A DNA stretch of 64,000 nucleotides, from positions 38,068,001 to 38,132,000 of the forward strand of contig NC_086383.1 of the NCBI RefSeq assembly GCF_036588685.1, in the 5' to 3' direction. The position numbers and the translations under genes were made by a program. This document shows positions 52,201 to 64,000 of this stretch, piece after piece; within the stretch, counting starts at the first letter, position 1, and each line of letters begins with the position of its first letter. The DNA is from Mytilus trossulus. Its lineage: Eukaryota. The notes beneath the pieces were generated by a model, which was given only the letters and a program-made list of their open reading frames with translations, was not told the DNA's origin and did no database searches.

Positions 52201-55200
52201 GGGCTTTATAGATTTACTAATGTCTGTTTATATGTACCCCCCAATACATTTTCAATACTAGTATATCAATTGATGTTGTCAATCACAGATCTTGTTGGTA
52301 GTGAAGGTCTGATGATTGACAAAACTTTCAAATTCTCCATTCATTTTCTGATCTCAAATAACCAGAAAAAAACATATTGGCAACACATTTAAATTTCCAC
52401 TAAACAGCTCACTTGGCATTAACAGTCATGTAAGCTTGTGACACAACTTGGTGGCTGTGGTAATTCATTACTTCTCCGATTCAGAATGACCAAAAAACTA
52501 TTATCAAAAAAAAAAAATGAAGATTCAAGATATATCCACATTTCCACTTAACATGTCCTCATTCAGCAGGACTCTATCATGTGTGTCCCCACTTGATGGT
52601 ACTTGGACAATCATATGTGTGTCCAATATTGAATTTGTAAGACAATGCTGTGTTATCACCTTTCAGCTCACCTGGCATAAAGGGTCATATGAGCTTGGCT
52701 GAGGTTCAACATTTCTTTTATTTCAGGGGCTTTAAAGATAAGTTATGTCTATTCATCTGTCCGTCCAAATACATTTTTAATATATCACATTATACTGTCA
52801 ATCACTAATCTTTTTGGTAGTGATGGTCTGATGATTCACAAAAGTGTCAAATTCTCCTGTCATTGGTGGAGAAGATAGCAGCATGATACCTTAACTTTTC
52901 TTTCCTCAAATAACCAGAAAAAACATATTGGAAATAAATATAAATGAAGAATCATGATTTCTCAAAATTTCCCCTTAACAGCTTATCTGACATTATATGT
53001 CATGTGAGCTTGTGACTCAATTTGGTGTCTGTGGTAATCCATTACCTCTCCGATTCAGAATTACCAAACAACTATTATAAGAAAATAAAAATAAAGATTC
53101 AAGATTTCTTCAAATTTCCACTAAACATGTCCTCATTTAGTAGGACTCTATCATGTGTGTCCCCACTTGATGGTAGTTGGACAATCATATGTGTGTCCCA
53201 TATTGAATTTGTTAGACAATGTTGTGTTATAACCTTTCAGCTCACCTGGCATAAAAGGTCATATGAGCTTGGCTGATGTTCAACATTTCTATTATTTTAG
53301 GAGCTTCTCTAATTTAGACGAACTCAAAATACTATTATCAGCAGATATAAATATAGAATCAAGAGTTCTCCACATTTCCTATAAACATGTCCTCATTTCG
53401 TAGGACTCTATCCTGTGTGTCCCTACTTGATGATACTTGGACAATTATCTGTGTGTCCCACATTGAATTTGTTAGAAAATGTTGTGTTATCACCTTTCAG
53501 CTCACCTGACATAAAATGTCAAGTGAGCTTGTGCTGATGTTCAACATTTTTTTAAGGGGCTTTAAAGATTTACTAATGTTTGTTCATCTGTACCCCTAAA
53601 CATTTACAATAGATCAATTGATGTTGTCAATCACAGATCTTGTTGGAAGTGATGGTCTGATGATTGACAAAACTTTCAAATTCTCCATTCATTTTCTGTT
53701 CTCAAATAACCAGAAAAAAACATATTGGCAACAAATATAAATTTCCACTAAACAGCTCACCTGGCATTAAAAGTCAGGTAAGCTTGTGACTCAACTTGGT
53801 GTCTGTGGTAATTCATTACTTCTCCGATTCAGAATTACCAAAAAACTATTATCAGAAATCAAAAAAATGAAGATTCAAGATTACTTCACATTTCCACTTA
53901 ACATGTCCTCATTCAGCAGAACTCTATCATGTGTGTCCCCACTTGATGGTACTGGGACAATCGTAAGGGTGTCCCATATTGAATTTTTTAGACAATATTG
54001 TGTAATCACCTTTCAGCTCCCCTGCCATAAAAGGTCATATGAGCTCGGCTGATGTTCAACATTTCATTTATTTCAGGAGCTTTAAAGATTAGTTATGTCT
54101 ATTCATCTGTCCGTCCAAATACATTTTTAATATATCACATTATACTGTCAATCACTAATCTTTTTGGTAGTGATGGTCTGATGATTCACAAAAGTGTCAA
54201 ATTCTCCTGTCATTAGTGGAGAAGATAGCAGCATGATACCTTAACTTTTCTTTCCTCAAAGAACCAGAAAAAACATATTGGCAATAAATATAAATGAAGA
54301 ATCATGATTTCTCAAAATTTCCCCTTAACAGCTTATCTGACATTATATGTCATGTGAGCTTATGACTCAATTTGGTGTCTGTGGTAATCCATTACCTCTC
54401 CGATTCAGAATTACCAAACAACTATTATAAGAAAATAAAAATAAAGATTCAAGATTTCTTCAAATTTCCACTAAACATGTCCTCATTTAGTAGGACTCTA
54501 TCATGTGTGTCCCCACTTGATGTTACTTGGACAATCATATGTGTGTCCCATATTGAATTTGTTAGACAATGTTGTGTTATAACCTTTCAGCTCACCTGGC
54601 ATAAAAGGTCATATGAGCTTGTCTGATGTTCAACATTTCTATTATTTTAGGAGCTTCTCTGATTTAGACACACTCAAAATACTATTATCAGCAGATATAA
54701 ATATAGAATCAAGATTTCTCCACATTTCCTATAAACATGTCCTCATTTAGTAGGACTCTATCATGTGTGTCCCCACTTGATGATACTTGGACAATCATAT
54801 GTGTGTCCCATATTGAATTTGTTAGACAATGTTGTGTTATAACCTTTCAGATCACCTGGCATAAAAGGTCATATGAGCTCGGCTGATGTTCAACATTTCT
54901 ATTATTTTAGGAGCTTCTCTGATTTAGACACACTCAAAATACTATTATCAGCAGATATAAATATAGAATCAAGATTTCTCCACATTTCCTATAAACATGT
55001 CCTCATTTAGTAGGACTCTATCATGTGTGTCCCTACTTGATGATACTTGGACAATTATCTGTGTGTCCCACATTGAAATTGTTAGAAAATGTTGTGTTAT
55101 CACCTTTCAGCTCACCTGACATAAAATGTCAAGTGAGCTTGTGCTGATGTTCAACATTTTTTCCGTTTAAGGGGCTTTAAAGATTTACTAATGTCTGTTT

Positions 55201-58200
55201 ATCTGTACCCCCCAATACATTTTCAATACTAGTATATCAATTGATGTTGTCAATCACAGATCTTGTTGGAAGTGATGGTCTGATGATTGACAAAACTTTC
55301 AAATTCTCCATTCATTTTCTGTTCTCAAATAATCAGAAAAAAAACATATTGGCAACAAATATAAATTTCCACTAAACAGCTCACCTGGCATTAAAAGTCA
55401 GGTAAGCTTGTGACTCAACTTGGTGTCTGTGGTAATTCATTACCTCTCCGATTCAGAATTACCAAACAACTATTATAAGAAAATAAAAATAAAGATTCAA
55501 GATTTCTTCAAATTTCCACTAAACATGTCCTCATTTAGTAGGACTCTATCATGTGTGTCCCCACTTGATGGTACTTGGACAATCATATGTGTGTCCCATA
55601 TTGAATTTGTTAGACAATGTTGTGTTATAACCTTTCAGCTCACCTGGCATAAAAGGTCATATGAGCTTGGCTGATGTTCAACATTTCTATTATTTTAGGA
55701 GCTTCTCTGATTTAGACGAACTCAAAATACTATTATCAGCAGATATAAATATAGAATCAAGATTTCTTTACATTTCCTATAAACATGTCCTCATTTAGTA
55801 GGACTCTATCATGTGTGTCCCCACTTGATGATACTTGGACAATTATCTGTGTGTCCCACATTGAAATTGTTAGAAAATGTTGTGTTATCACCTTTCAGCT
55901 CACCTGACATAATATGTCAAGTGAGCTTGTGCTGATGTTCAACATTTTTTTCGTTTAAGGGGCTTTAAAGATTAACTAATGTCTGTTTATCTGTACCCCC
56001 AATACATTTTCAATACTAGTATATCAATTGATGTTGTCAATCACAGATCTTGATGGAAGTGATGGTCTGATGATTGACAAAACTTTCAAATTCTCCATTC
56101 ATTTTCTGTTCTCAAATAATCAGAAAAAAACATATTGGCAACAAATATAAATTTCCACTAAACAGCTCACCTGGCATTAAAAGTCAGGTAAGCTTGTGAC
56201 TCAACTTGGTGTCTGTGGTAATTCATTACTTCTCCGATTCAGAATTACCAAAAAACAATTATCAGAAATCAAAAAAATGAAGATTCAAGATTACTTCACA
56301 TTTCCACTTAACATGTCCTCATTCAGCAGGACTCTATCATGTGTGTCCCCACTTGATGATACTGGGACAATCGTAAGGGTGTCCCATATTGAATTTTATA
56401 GACAATATTGTGTAATCACCTTTCAGCTCCCCTGCCATAAAAGGTCATATGAGCTCGGCTGATGTTCAAATTTCATTTATTTCAGGAGCTTTAAAGATTA
56501 GTTATGTCTATTCATCTGTCCGTCCAAATACATTTTTAATATATCACATTATACTGTCAATCACTAATCTTTTTGGTAGTGATGGTCTGATGATTCACAA
56601 AAGTGTCAAATTCTCTTGTCATTAGTGGAGAAGATAGCAGCATGATACCTTAATTGTCTTTTCTCAAATAACCAGAAAAAAACATATTGGCAATAAATAT
56701 AAATGAAGAATCATGATTTCTCAAAATTTCCCCTTAACAGCTTATCTGACATTATATGTCATGTGAGCTTGTGACTCAATTTGGTGTCTGTGGTAATCCA
56801 TTACCTCTCCGATTCAGAATTACCAAACAACTATCATAAGAAAATAAAAATAAAGATTCAAGATTTCTTCAAATTTCCCCTTAACATGTCCTCATTTAGT
56901 AGGACTCTATCATGTGTGTCCCCACTTGATGGTACTTGGACATTCATATGTGTGTCCCATATTGAATTTGTTAGACAATGTTGTGTTATAACCTTTCAGC
57001 TCACCTGGCATAAAAGGTCATATGAGCTTGGCTGATGTTCAACATTTCTATTAATTTAGGAGCTTCTCTGATTTAGACACACTCAAAATACTATTATCAG
57101 CAGATATAAATATAGAATCAAGATTTCTTCACATTTCCTCATTTAGTAGGACTCTATCATGTGTGTCCCCACTTGATGATACTTGGACAATTATCTGTGT
57201 GTCCCACATTGAAATTGTTAGAAAATGTTGTGTAATAACCTTTCAGCTCACCTGACATAAAATGTCAAGTGAGCTTGTGCTGATGTTCAACATTTTTTTC
57301 GTTTAAGGGGCTTTAAAGATTTACTAATGTCTGTTTATCTGTACCCCCAATACATTTTCAATACTAGTATATCAATTGATGTTGTCAATCACAGATCTTG
57401 ATGGAAGTGATGGTCTGATGATTGACAAAACTTTCAAATTCTCCATTCATTTTCTGTTCTCAAATAATCAGAAAAAAACATATTGGCAACAAATATAAAT
57501 TTCCACTAAACAGCTCACCTGGCATTAAAAGTCAGGTAAGCTTGTGACTCAACTTGGTGTCTGTGGTAATTCATTACTTCTCCGATTCAGAATTACCAAA
57601 AAACTATTATCAGAAATCAAAAAAAATGAAGATTCAAGATTACTTCACATTTCCACTTAACATGTCCTCATTCAGCAGGACTCTATCATGTGTGTCCCCA
57701 CTTGATGGTACTGGGACAATCGTAAGGGTGTCCCATATTGATTTTTTTAGACAATATTGTGTAATCACCTTTCAGCTCCCCTGCCATAAAAGATCATATT
57801 AGCTCGGCTGATGTTCAACATTTCATTTATTTCAGGAGCTTTAAAGATTAGTTATGTCTATTCATCTGTCCGTCCAAATACATTTTTAATATATCACATT
57901 ATACTGTCAATCACTAATCTTTTTGGTAGTGATGGTCTGATGATTCACAAAAGTGTCAAATTCTCCTGTCATTAGTGGAGAAGATAGCAGCATGATACCT
58001 TAACTTTTCTTTCCTCAAATAACCAGAAAAAAACATATTGGCAATAAATATAAATGAAGAATCATGATTTCTCAAAATTTCCCCTTAACAGCTTATCTGA
58101 CATTATATGTCATGTGAGCTTGTGACTCAATTTGGTATCTGTGGTAATCCATTTCCTCTCCGATTCAGAATTACCAAACAACTATTATAAGAAAATAAAA

Positions 58201-61200
58201 ATAAAGATTCAAGATTTCTTCAAATTTCCACTAAACATGTCCTCATTTAGTAGGACTCTATCATGTGTGTCCCCACTTGATGGTACTTGGACAATCATAT
58301 GTGTGTCCCATATTGAATTTGTTAGACAATGTTGTGTTATAACCTTTCAGCTCACCTGGCATAAAAGGTCATATGAGCTTGGCTGATGTTCAACATTTCT
58401 ATTATTTTAGGAGCTTCTCTGATTTAGACACACTCAAAATACTATTATCAGCAGATATAAATATAGAATCAAGATTTCTCCACATTTCCTATAAACATGT
58501 CCTCATTTAGTAGGACTCTATCAGGTGTGTCCCCACTTGATGATATTTGGACAATTATCTGTGTGCCCCACATTGAAATTGTTAGAAAATGTTGTGTTAT
58601 CGCCTTTCAGCTCACCTGACATAAAAGGTCATATGAGCTTGGCTGATGTTCAACATTTCTATTATTTTAGGAGCTTCTCTGATTAAGACACACTCAAAAT
58701 ACTATTATCAGCAGATATAAATATAGAATCAAGATTTCTTCACATTTCCTATAAACATGTCCTCATTTAGTAGGACTCTATTATGTGTGTCCCACATTGA
58801 AATTGTTAGAAAATGTTGTGTTATCACCTTCCAGCTCCCCTGCCATAAAAGGTCATATGAGCTCGGCTGATGTTCAACATTTCTTTTATTTCAGGAGCTT
58901 TAAAGATTAGTTATGTCTGTTCCTCTGTCCGTCCAAATACATTTTCAATATTTCACATTATACTGTCAATCACTAATCTTGTTGGTAGTGACTGTCTGAT
59001 GGTTCACAAAATAAAGGCAACAGTAGTATACCGCTGTTCAAAACTCATAAATCCATGGACAAAAAACAAAATCGGGGTAACAAACCAAAACCGAGCGAAA
59101 CGCATTAAATATAAGAGGAGAACAACGACACAAGACCGCAACGCAACACACACAGAAACAGACCAATCATTAGACAAAACACCACGAGAATAACAAATGT
59201 AACATGAAAACCAAATACATGAATTTGGGATAGACAAGTACCGTGCCACGTCTCATCTCAATATCTCAAAAATAAGAGAAAACACAAACGACTCAACGTT
59301 AAAAATGTCAAATTCTCCAGTCATTTGTGGAAAAGATATCAGCATTATACCTGAACTTTTCTGATCTCAAAAAAACAGAAAAAAACATATTGGCAATAAA
59401 TATAAATGAAGAATCATGGTTTTCAAAATTTCCACTAAACAGCTTACATGGCATTAAAGGTTATGTAAGCTTGTGACTCAACTTGGTGTCTGTGTAAATT
59501 CGTTACTTTTCCGATTCAGAATTACCAAAAAAATATTATCAGAAAAGAAAATTAGATTTCTCCACATTTCCACTAAACATGTCCTCATTTTGCATGACTC
59601 TATCATGTGTTTCCCCACTTGATGGTACTGGGACAATTAAATGTGTGTCCCATATTGAATTTGTTAGAAGATATTGTGTTATCACCTTTCAGCTCACCTG
59701 GCATAAAAGGTCATATGAACTTGGGTGATGTTTAACATTTCTTTTATTTCAGGATAAGTTTTGTGTGTTCATCTGTCCGTCCAAATACATGTTCAATACA
59801 TCACATGATGCTGTCAATAACTAATCTTGTTGGTAGTGATGGTCTGATGATTCAAAAAAGAATCAAATTCTCCAGTCATTGGTGGAAAAGATATCAAAAT
59901 AATACCTTAACTTTTCTAATCTCAAATAACCAGAAAAACATATTGGCAACAAATATAAATGAAGAATCATAGTTAAGCAGAATTTTAAGTAAACTGCTCA
60001 ACTGGCATAGAAGTCATGTATTCTCTGCCTTAACTTGGTGTATGTAGTCGTTCATTACTTGTATGATTCAGAATAGCCCAGAAAACTATTATCAGCAGAT
60101 ATAAATATAGAATCAAGATTTCTCCACATTTCCTATAAACATGTCCTCATTTAGTAGGACTTTATCATATGTGTGTCCCCACTTCATTGTACTTGGACAA
60201 TCATATGTGTGTCCCATATTGAATTTGTTAGAAAATAATTTGTTATCTCCTTTCATTTCACCTGGCATAAAGGGTCATATAAGCTTGGCTGATGTTCAAC
60301 ATTTCTTTTATTTCAGGAGCTTTAAAGATTAGTAATGCCTGTTCGTCTGTCCGTTCAAATTTATTTTTAATATATCACATAATGTTGTCAATCACTAATC
60401 TTGTAGTTAGTGATGGTCTGATGATTCACAAAAGTGTCAAATTCTTCTGTCATTGGTGTAAAAGATAGAAGCATGATACCATAACTTCTCTTATCTCAAA
60501 TAACAAGACAAAACATATTGGCAACACATATTAATTAAGAATCATAATTTTGCAAAATTTTAACTAAAATGCTCACATGGCATAGAAGGTCATGTATGCT
60601 TTGCCTTAAATTAGTGTCTGTAGTCGTCCATTAATTTTAAGATTCAGAATTACCCAAAAACTATTATCAGCAGAAAAAATATAGAATCAAGATTTCTCCA
60701 AATTTCCACTAAACATGTCCTCATTTAGTAGGACTCTATCATATGTGTGTCCCCCCTTGATAGTAATTCGATATTTATATGTGTGTCCCATATTGATTTT
60801 CTTAGAACATGTTGTGCTATCACCTTTTATCTTCTCTGACATAAGAGGTTGACCGAGCTTATGCTGATGTTCAACATTTCGTTCATTTCAGGGGCTTTAA
60901 AGATTTCCTAACATCTCTTTTTCTGTATCTCCCAACAAATATAAATGAAGAAACATGATTTCTCAAAATATATTCTAAATATGTCACCTGGCATTAAATG
61001 TGGTGTAAGCTTGTGAGTCAGGTTGGTGTCCGTGGTAATCCATTACTTCTCCGATTCAGAATTACCAAAAGAGTATTATAAGAATAAAACCAAAAGATTC
61101 AAGATTTCTCAACATTTCCACCTTGGCATGTCCTCATTTAGTAGGACACTACCATATGTGTGTCCCCACTTGATGGTAATTGGACAATCATATGTGTTTC

Positions 61201-61297
61201 CCATATTGAATTTGTTAGGAAATGTTTTGTTATCACCTTTTAGCTCACCTGGCATGAAAGGTCACATGAGCTTGGCTGATATTCAACATTTCTTTTA
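46245..61297 (+). repeat. complex higher-order satellite array (260-, ~527- and ~575-bp units sharing a ~185-bp core)
   Basis: 39 cores starting CATGTCCTCATTTAGTAGGACTCTATCATGTGTGTCCCCACTTGATG counted by eye; the 260-bp period is also visible in the ORF track (49455, 49715, 49975...). Confidence 0.95.
59009..59303 (-). mobile_element. ~295-bp dispersed-repeat insertion (probable retroelement 3' fragment) inside the satellite
   Basis: Interrupts the linker sequence TTCACAAAA|GTGTCAAATTCTCC; reverse strand ends ...GAACAGCGGTATACTACTGTTGCCTTTATTT; absent from all other units. Confidence 0.75.
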
Positions 61298-63805
61298 TAG
61301 CACAGGTCTTGTGTTTTACAAAGGATGTGAACCCTAGATAACATTCCTATAACACAGGTCCTGTGTTTTACAAGCGATATCAACCCTAGATAACATTCCT
61401 ATAACACAGGTCTGGTGATTTACAAGAGATTTTAACACTAGATAACATTCCTATAACACAGGTCTGGTGTTTTACAAGTGATATGAGCACTAGATAACAT
61501 TCATACAACACAGGTCCTGTGTTTTACAAGAAATGTGAACCCTAGATAACATTCCTATAACACAGGTCCTGTGTTTTACAGGGGATATCAACCCTTGATA
61601 ACATTCTTATATAACAGGTCCTGTGTTTAACAAGAGAAATCAACTCTAGATAATATTCCTATAGGACATGTACTGTATTTTACAAGGGATATGAACCCTA
61701 GATAACATTTCATAACACCGGTCCTGTGCTTTACAAGAGATATGAACCATAGATAACATTCCTATAACACAGGTCCTGTGTTTTACAAGCGACATCAACC
61801 CTATATAACATTCCTATAACACAGGTCCTGTGTGTTACACGTGATATGAACCCTAGGAACATTCCTATAACAGGGGTCTTGTGTTTCACCAGCTATATCA
61901 ACCCTAGGAACATTCCTTTAACAAAGGTCTTGTGTTTTACAAGTGATATGAACCCTAGACAGCATTTCTATTACAAAGGTCCTGTGCTTTACAAGACATA
62001 TGAACCCTAGATAACATTCCTATAGCACAGGTCCTGTATTTTACTAATGACATGAACCCTAGATAACATTCATAAACCTTTGTTCCTGTGTTTTACAGGG
62101 AATATGAACCCTAGATAACCATCCTATAACAATGGTACAGAGTTTTATAAGGGATATGCACCCTAATAACATTCCAATAACACAGGTCCTGTGTTTTACA
62201 AGCGATATAAACACTAGATAAAATGCCAATAACACAGGTCTTATGTTTTACAAGCGATATGAACCCTAGATAACATTCCTATAACACAGGTCTTGTGTTT
62301 TACAAGGAATATGAACCCTATATAACGTTCCTAAGGCATATGTCCTGTGTTTTACAAGAGAAATGAACCCTAGAAAACATTCCTATTACACATGTTCTGT
62401 GTTTTACAGGGGATATCAACCCTAGATAACATTCGTATAACACAGGTCCTGTGTTTTACAAGTGAAAAGAACCCTAGATAACATTCCTATCACACAGGTC
62501 TTGTGTTTTACAAGGAAAATGAACCCTAAATAGCATTCCTAGAACACAGGTCTTGTGTTTTACAAGTGATATGAACCCTATATACCATTCCTATAACACA
62601 GGTCTTGTGTTTTACAAGGGATATCAACCCTAGATTACCTTCCTATAACACAGGTCTTGTGTTTTACAAGCAATATGAATCCTAGATAACGTTCATATAA
62701 CACAGGTTTTGTGTTTTACAAGGGATATCAGACCTAAATAACCTTCCTATAACACAGATCTTGTGTTTTACAAGGGATATCAACACTAGATAACATTCCT
62801 ATAACACAGGTCTTGTGTTTTACAAGTGATATGAACCCTAGATATTATTCCTATAACACAGGTCTGGTGTTTTACAAGCGATATGAACCCTAGATAACAT
62901 TCCCTTAACACAGGTCTTGTGTTTTACAAGGGATATCAACCCTAGATAACATTCCTATAACACAGGTATTGTGTTTTACAAGCGATATGAACCCTAGATA
63001 ACATTCCTATAACACAGGTTTTGTGTTTTACAAGCGATATGAACCCTAGATAACATTCCTATAATACAGGTCCTGTGTTTTACAAGAGATATGAACACTA
63101 GATAACATTCCTATAACGCAGGTCTTGTGTTTTTAAAGGGATATCAACCCTAAATAACTTGCCTATAACACAAGTCCTGTGTTTTACAAGAGATATCAAC
63201 CCTAGATAACATTCCTATAACACAGGTCTTGTGTTTTACAAGCGATATGAACCCTAGATAACATTCCTATAACACAGGTCCTTTGGTTTACAATTGATAT
63301 GAACCCTAGATAACATTTCTATAACACAGGTATTGTGTTTTACAAGGGATATCAACCCTAGATACCATTCCTATAACACAGGTCCTGTGTTTTACAAGCG
63401 ATATGAACCCTAGATAACATTTCTATAACACAGGTATTGTGTTTTACAAGGGATGTCAACCCTAGATACCATTCCTATAACACTGATCCTGTGTTTTACA
63501 AGCGATATGAACCCTAGATAACATTCCTATTACACAGGTCCCGTGTTTTACAAGCGATATGAACCCTAGATAACATTCCTATAACACTGGTCCTGTGTTT
63601 TACAAGCGATATAAACCCTAGATAACATTCCTATCACACAGGTCCTGTGTTTTACAAGAGATATGAACCCTAGATAACATTCCTATAACAGAGGTCTAGT
63701 GTTTTACAAGCGATATGAACCCTATATAAAATTCCTATATCACAGGTCTTGTGTTTCATAAGCGATATGAACCCTAGATAACGTTCATATAACATAAGTA
63801 CCGTG
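61296..63805 (+). repeat. 52-bp tandem satellite, ~48 copies
   Basis: Consensus GAACCCTAGATAACATTCCTATAACACAGGTC(C/T)TGTGTTTTACAAG(C/G)GATAT; period 52 (e.g. CCTAGATA at 62941 and 62993). Confidence 0.97.
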
Positions 63806-63844
63806 ATCGACGAAGCCCATTTGAAATGTACAAAAAAGATTGAC

Positions 63845-63950
63845 GATTTCTCAAATTTTCAAAAAAAAAGTCCTCATTTAGTAAGATTCAATCATGTGTG
63901 TCCCCAATTGATGTAACTTGGACAAGCATACGTGTACCCACTTGATTTTA
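63845..63950 (+). repeat. degenerate core of the complex satellite resuming after the 52-bp array
   Basis: GTCCTCATTTAGTAAGATTCAATCATGTGTGTCCCCAATTGATGTAACTTGGACAA. Confidence 0.75.
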
Positions 63951-64000
63951 CTTAGTCAAGTATATTTCCCAGTTTGATTTTTGTTAGAAAGAGATATGAA

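Noticed and set aside
58870-59249. Overlapping 107-aa and 81-aa ORFs
   Set aside because: Chance frames across a satellite/insertion junction.
46450-61337. Dozens of repeated 61-88 aa ORFs (MCPHLMILGQ..., MVSVVIHYLSD...) that look like a tandem peptide gene family
   Set aside because: They are translations of the satellite. Most use GTG/TTG starts, the same DNA is open in different frames in different units, stops and indels occur freely, and the 260-bp period is not a multiple of 3.
61296-63805. Palindromic short repeats reminiscent of a CRISPR array
   Set aside because: No unique spacers, no cas genes and a eukaryotic context; it is a plain tandem satellite.

Overview
AT-rich, intron- and repeat-dominated eukaryotic DNA with no prokaryotic features. 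The repeat content (Deu/Nin-type SINEs, Helentron-associated elements, Penelope RT remnant, an abundant AAGAAGATGTGGTATGATTGCCAATGAGAC family) points to a bivalve mollusc, most likely a Mytilus-like mussel; this is an inference. The only protein gene I can support is a minus-strand spliced gene encoding one complete neuralized-homology-repeat (NHR) domain. Its exons (25943-25751, 23203-23128, 18986-18820, 3994-3935, probably 3704-3656 and 2579-2528) join in phase to about 198 aa, and both ends show signs of decay. Its 14.8-kb intron holds an 8,658-bp element with terminal inverted repeats (TIRs) and a TA target-site duplication (TSD), inserted into a MITE and itself carrying nested MITEs. The last 18 kb is satellite DNA. 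A 15-kb multi-level array (39 copies of a ~185-bp core with three alternative linkers; 260-bp monomers in dimer/pentamer higher-order patterns) has a core containing a Helentron/HINE terminal hairpin. It is followed by ~48 copies of a palindromic 52-bp satellite embedded in the same array. Almost all other ORFs in the track appear spurious.
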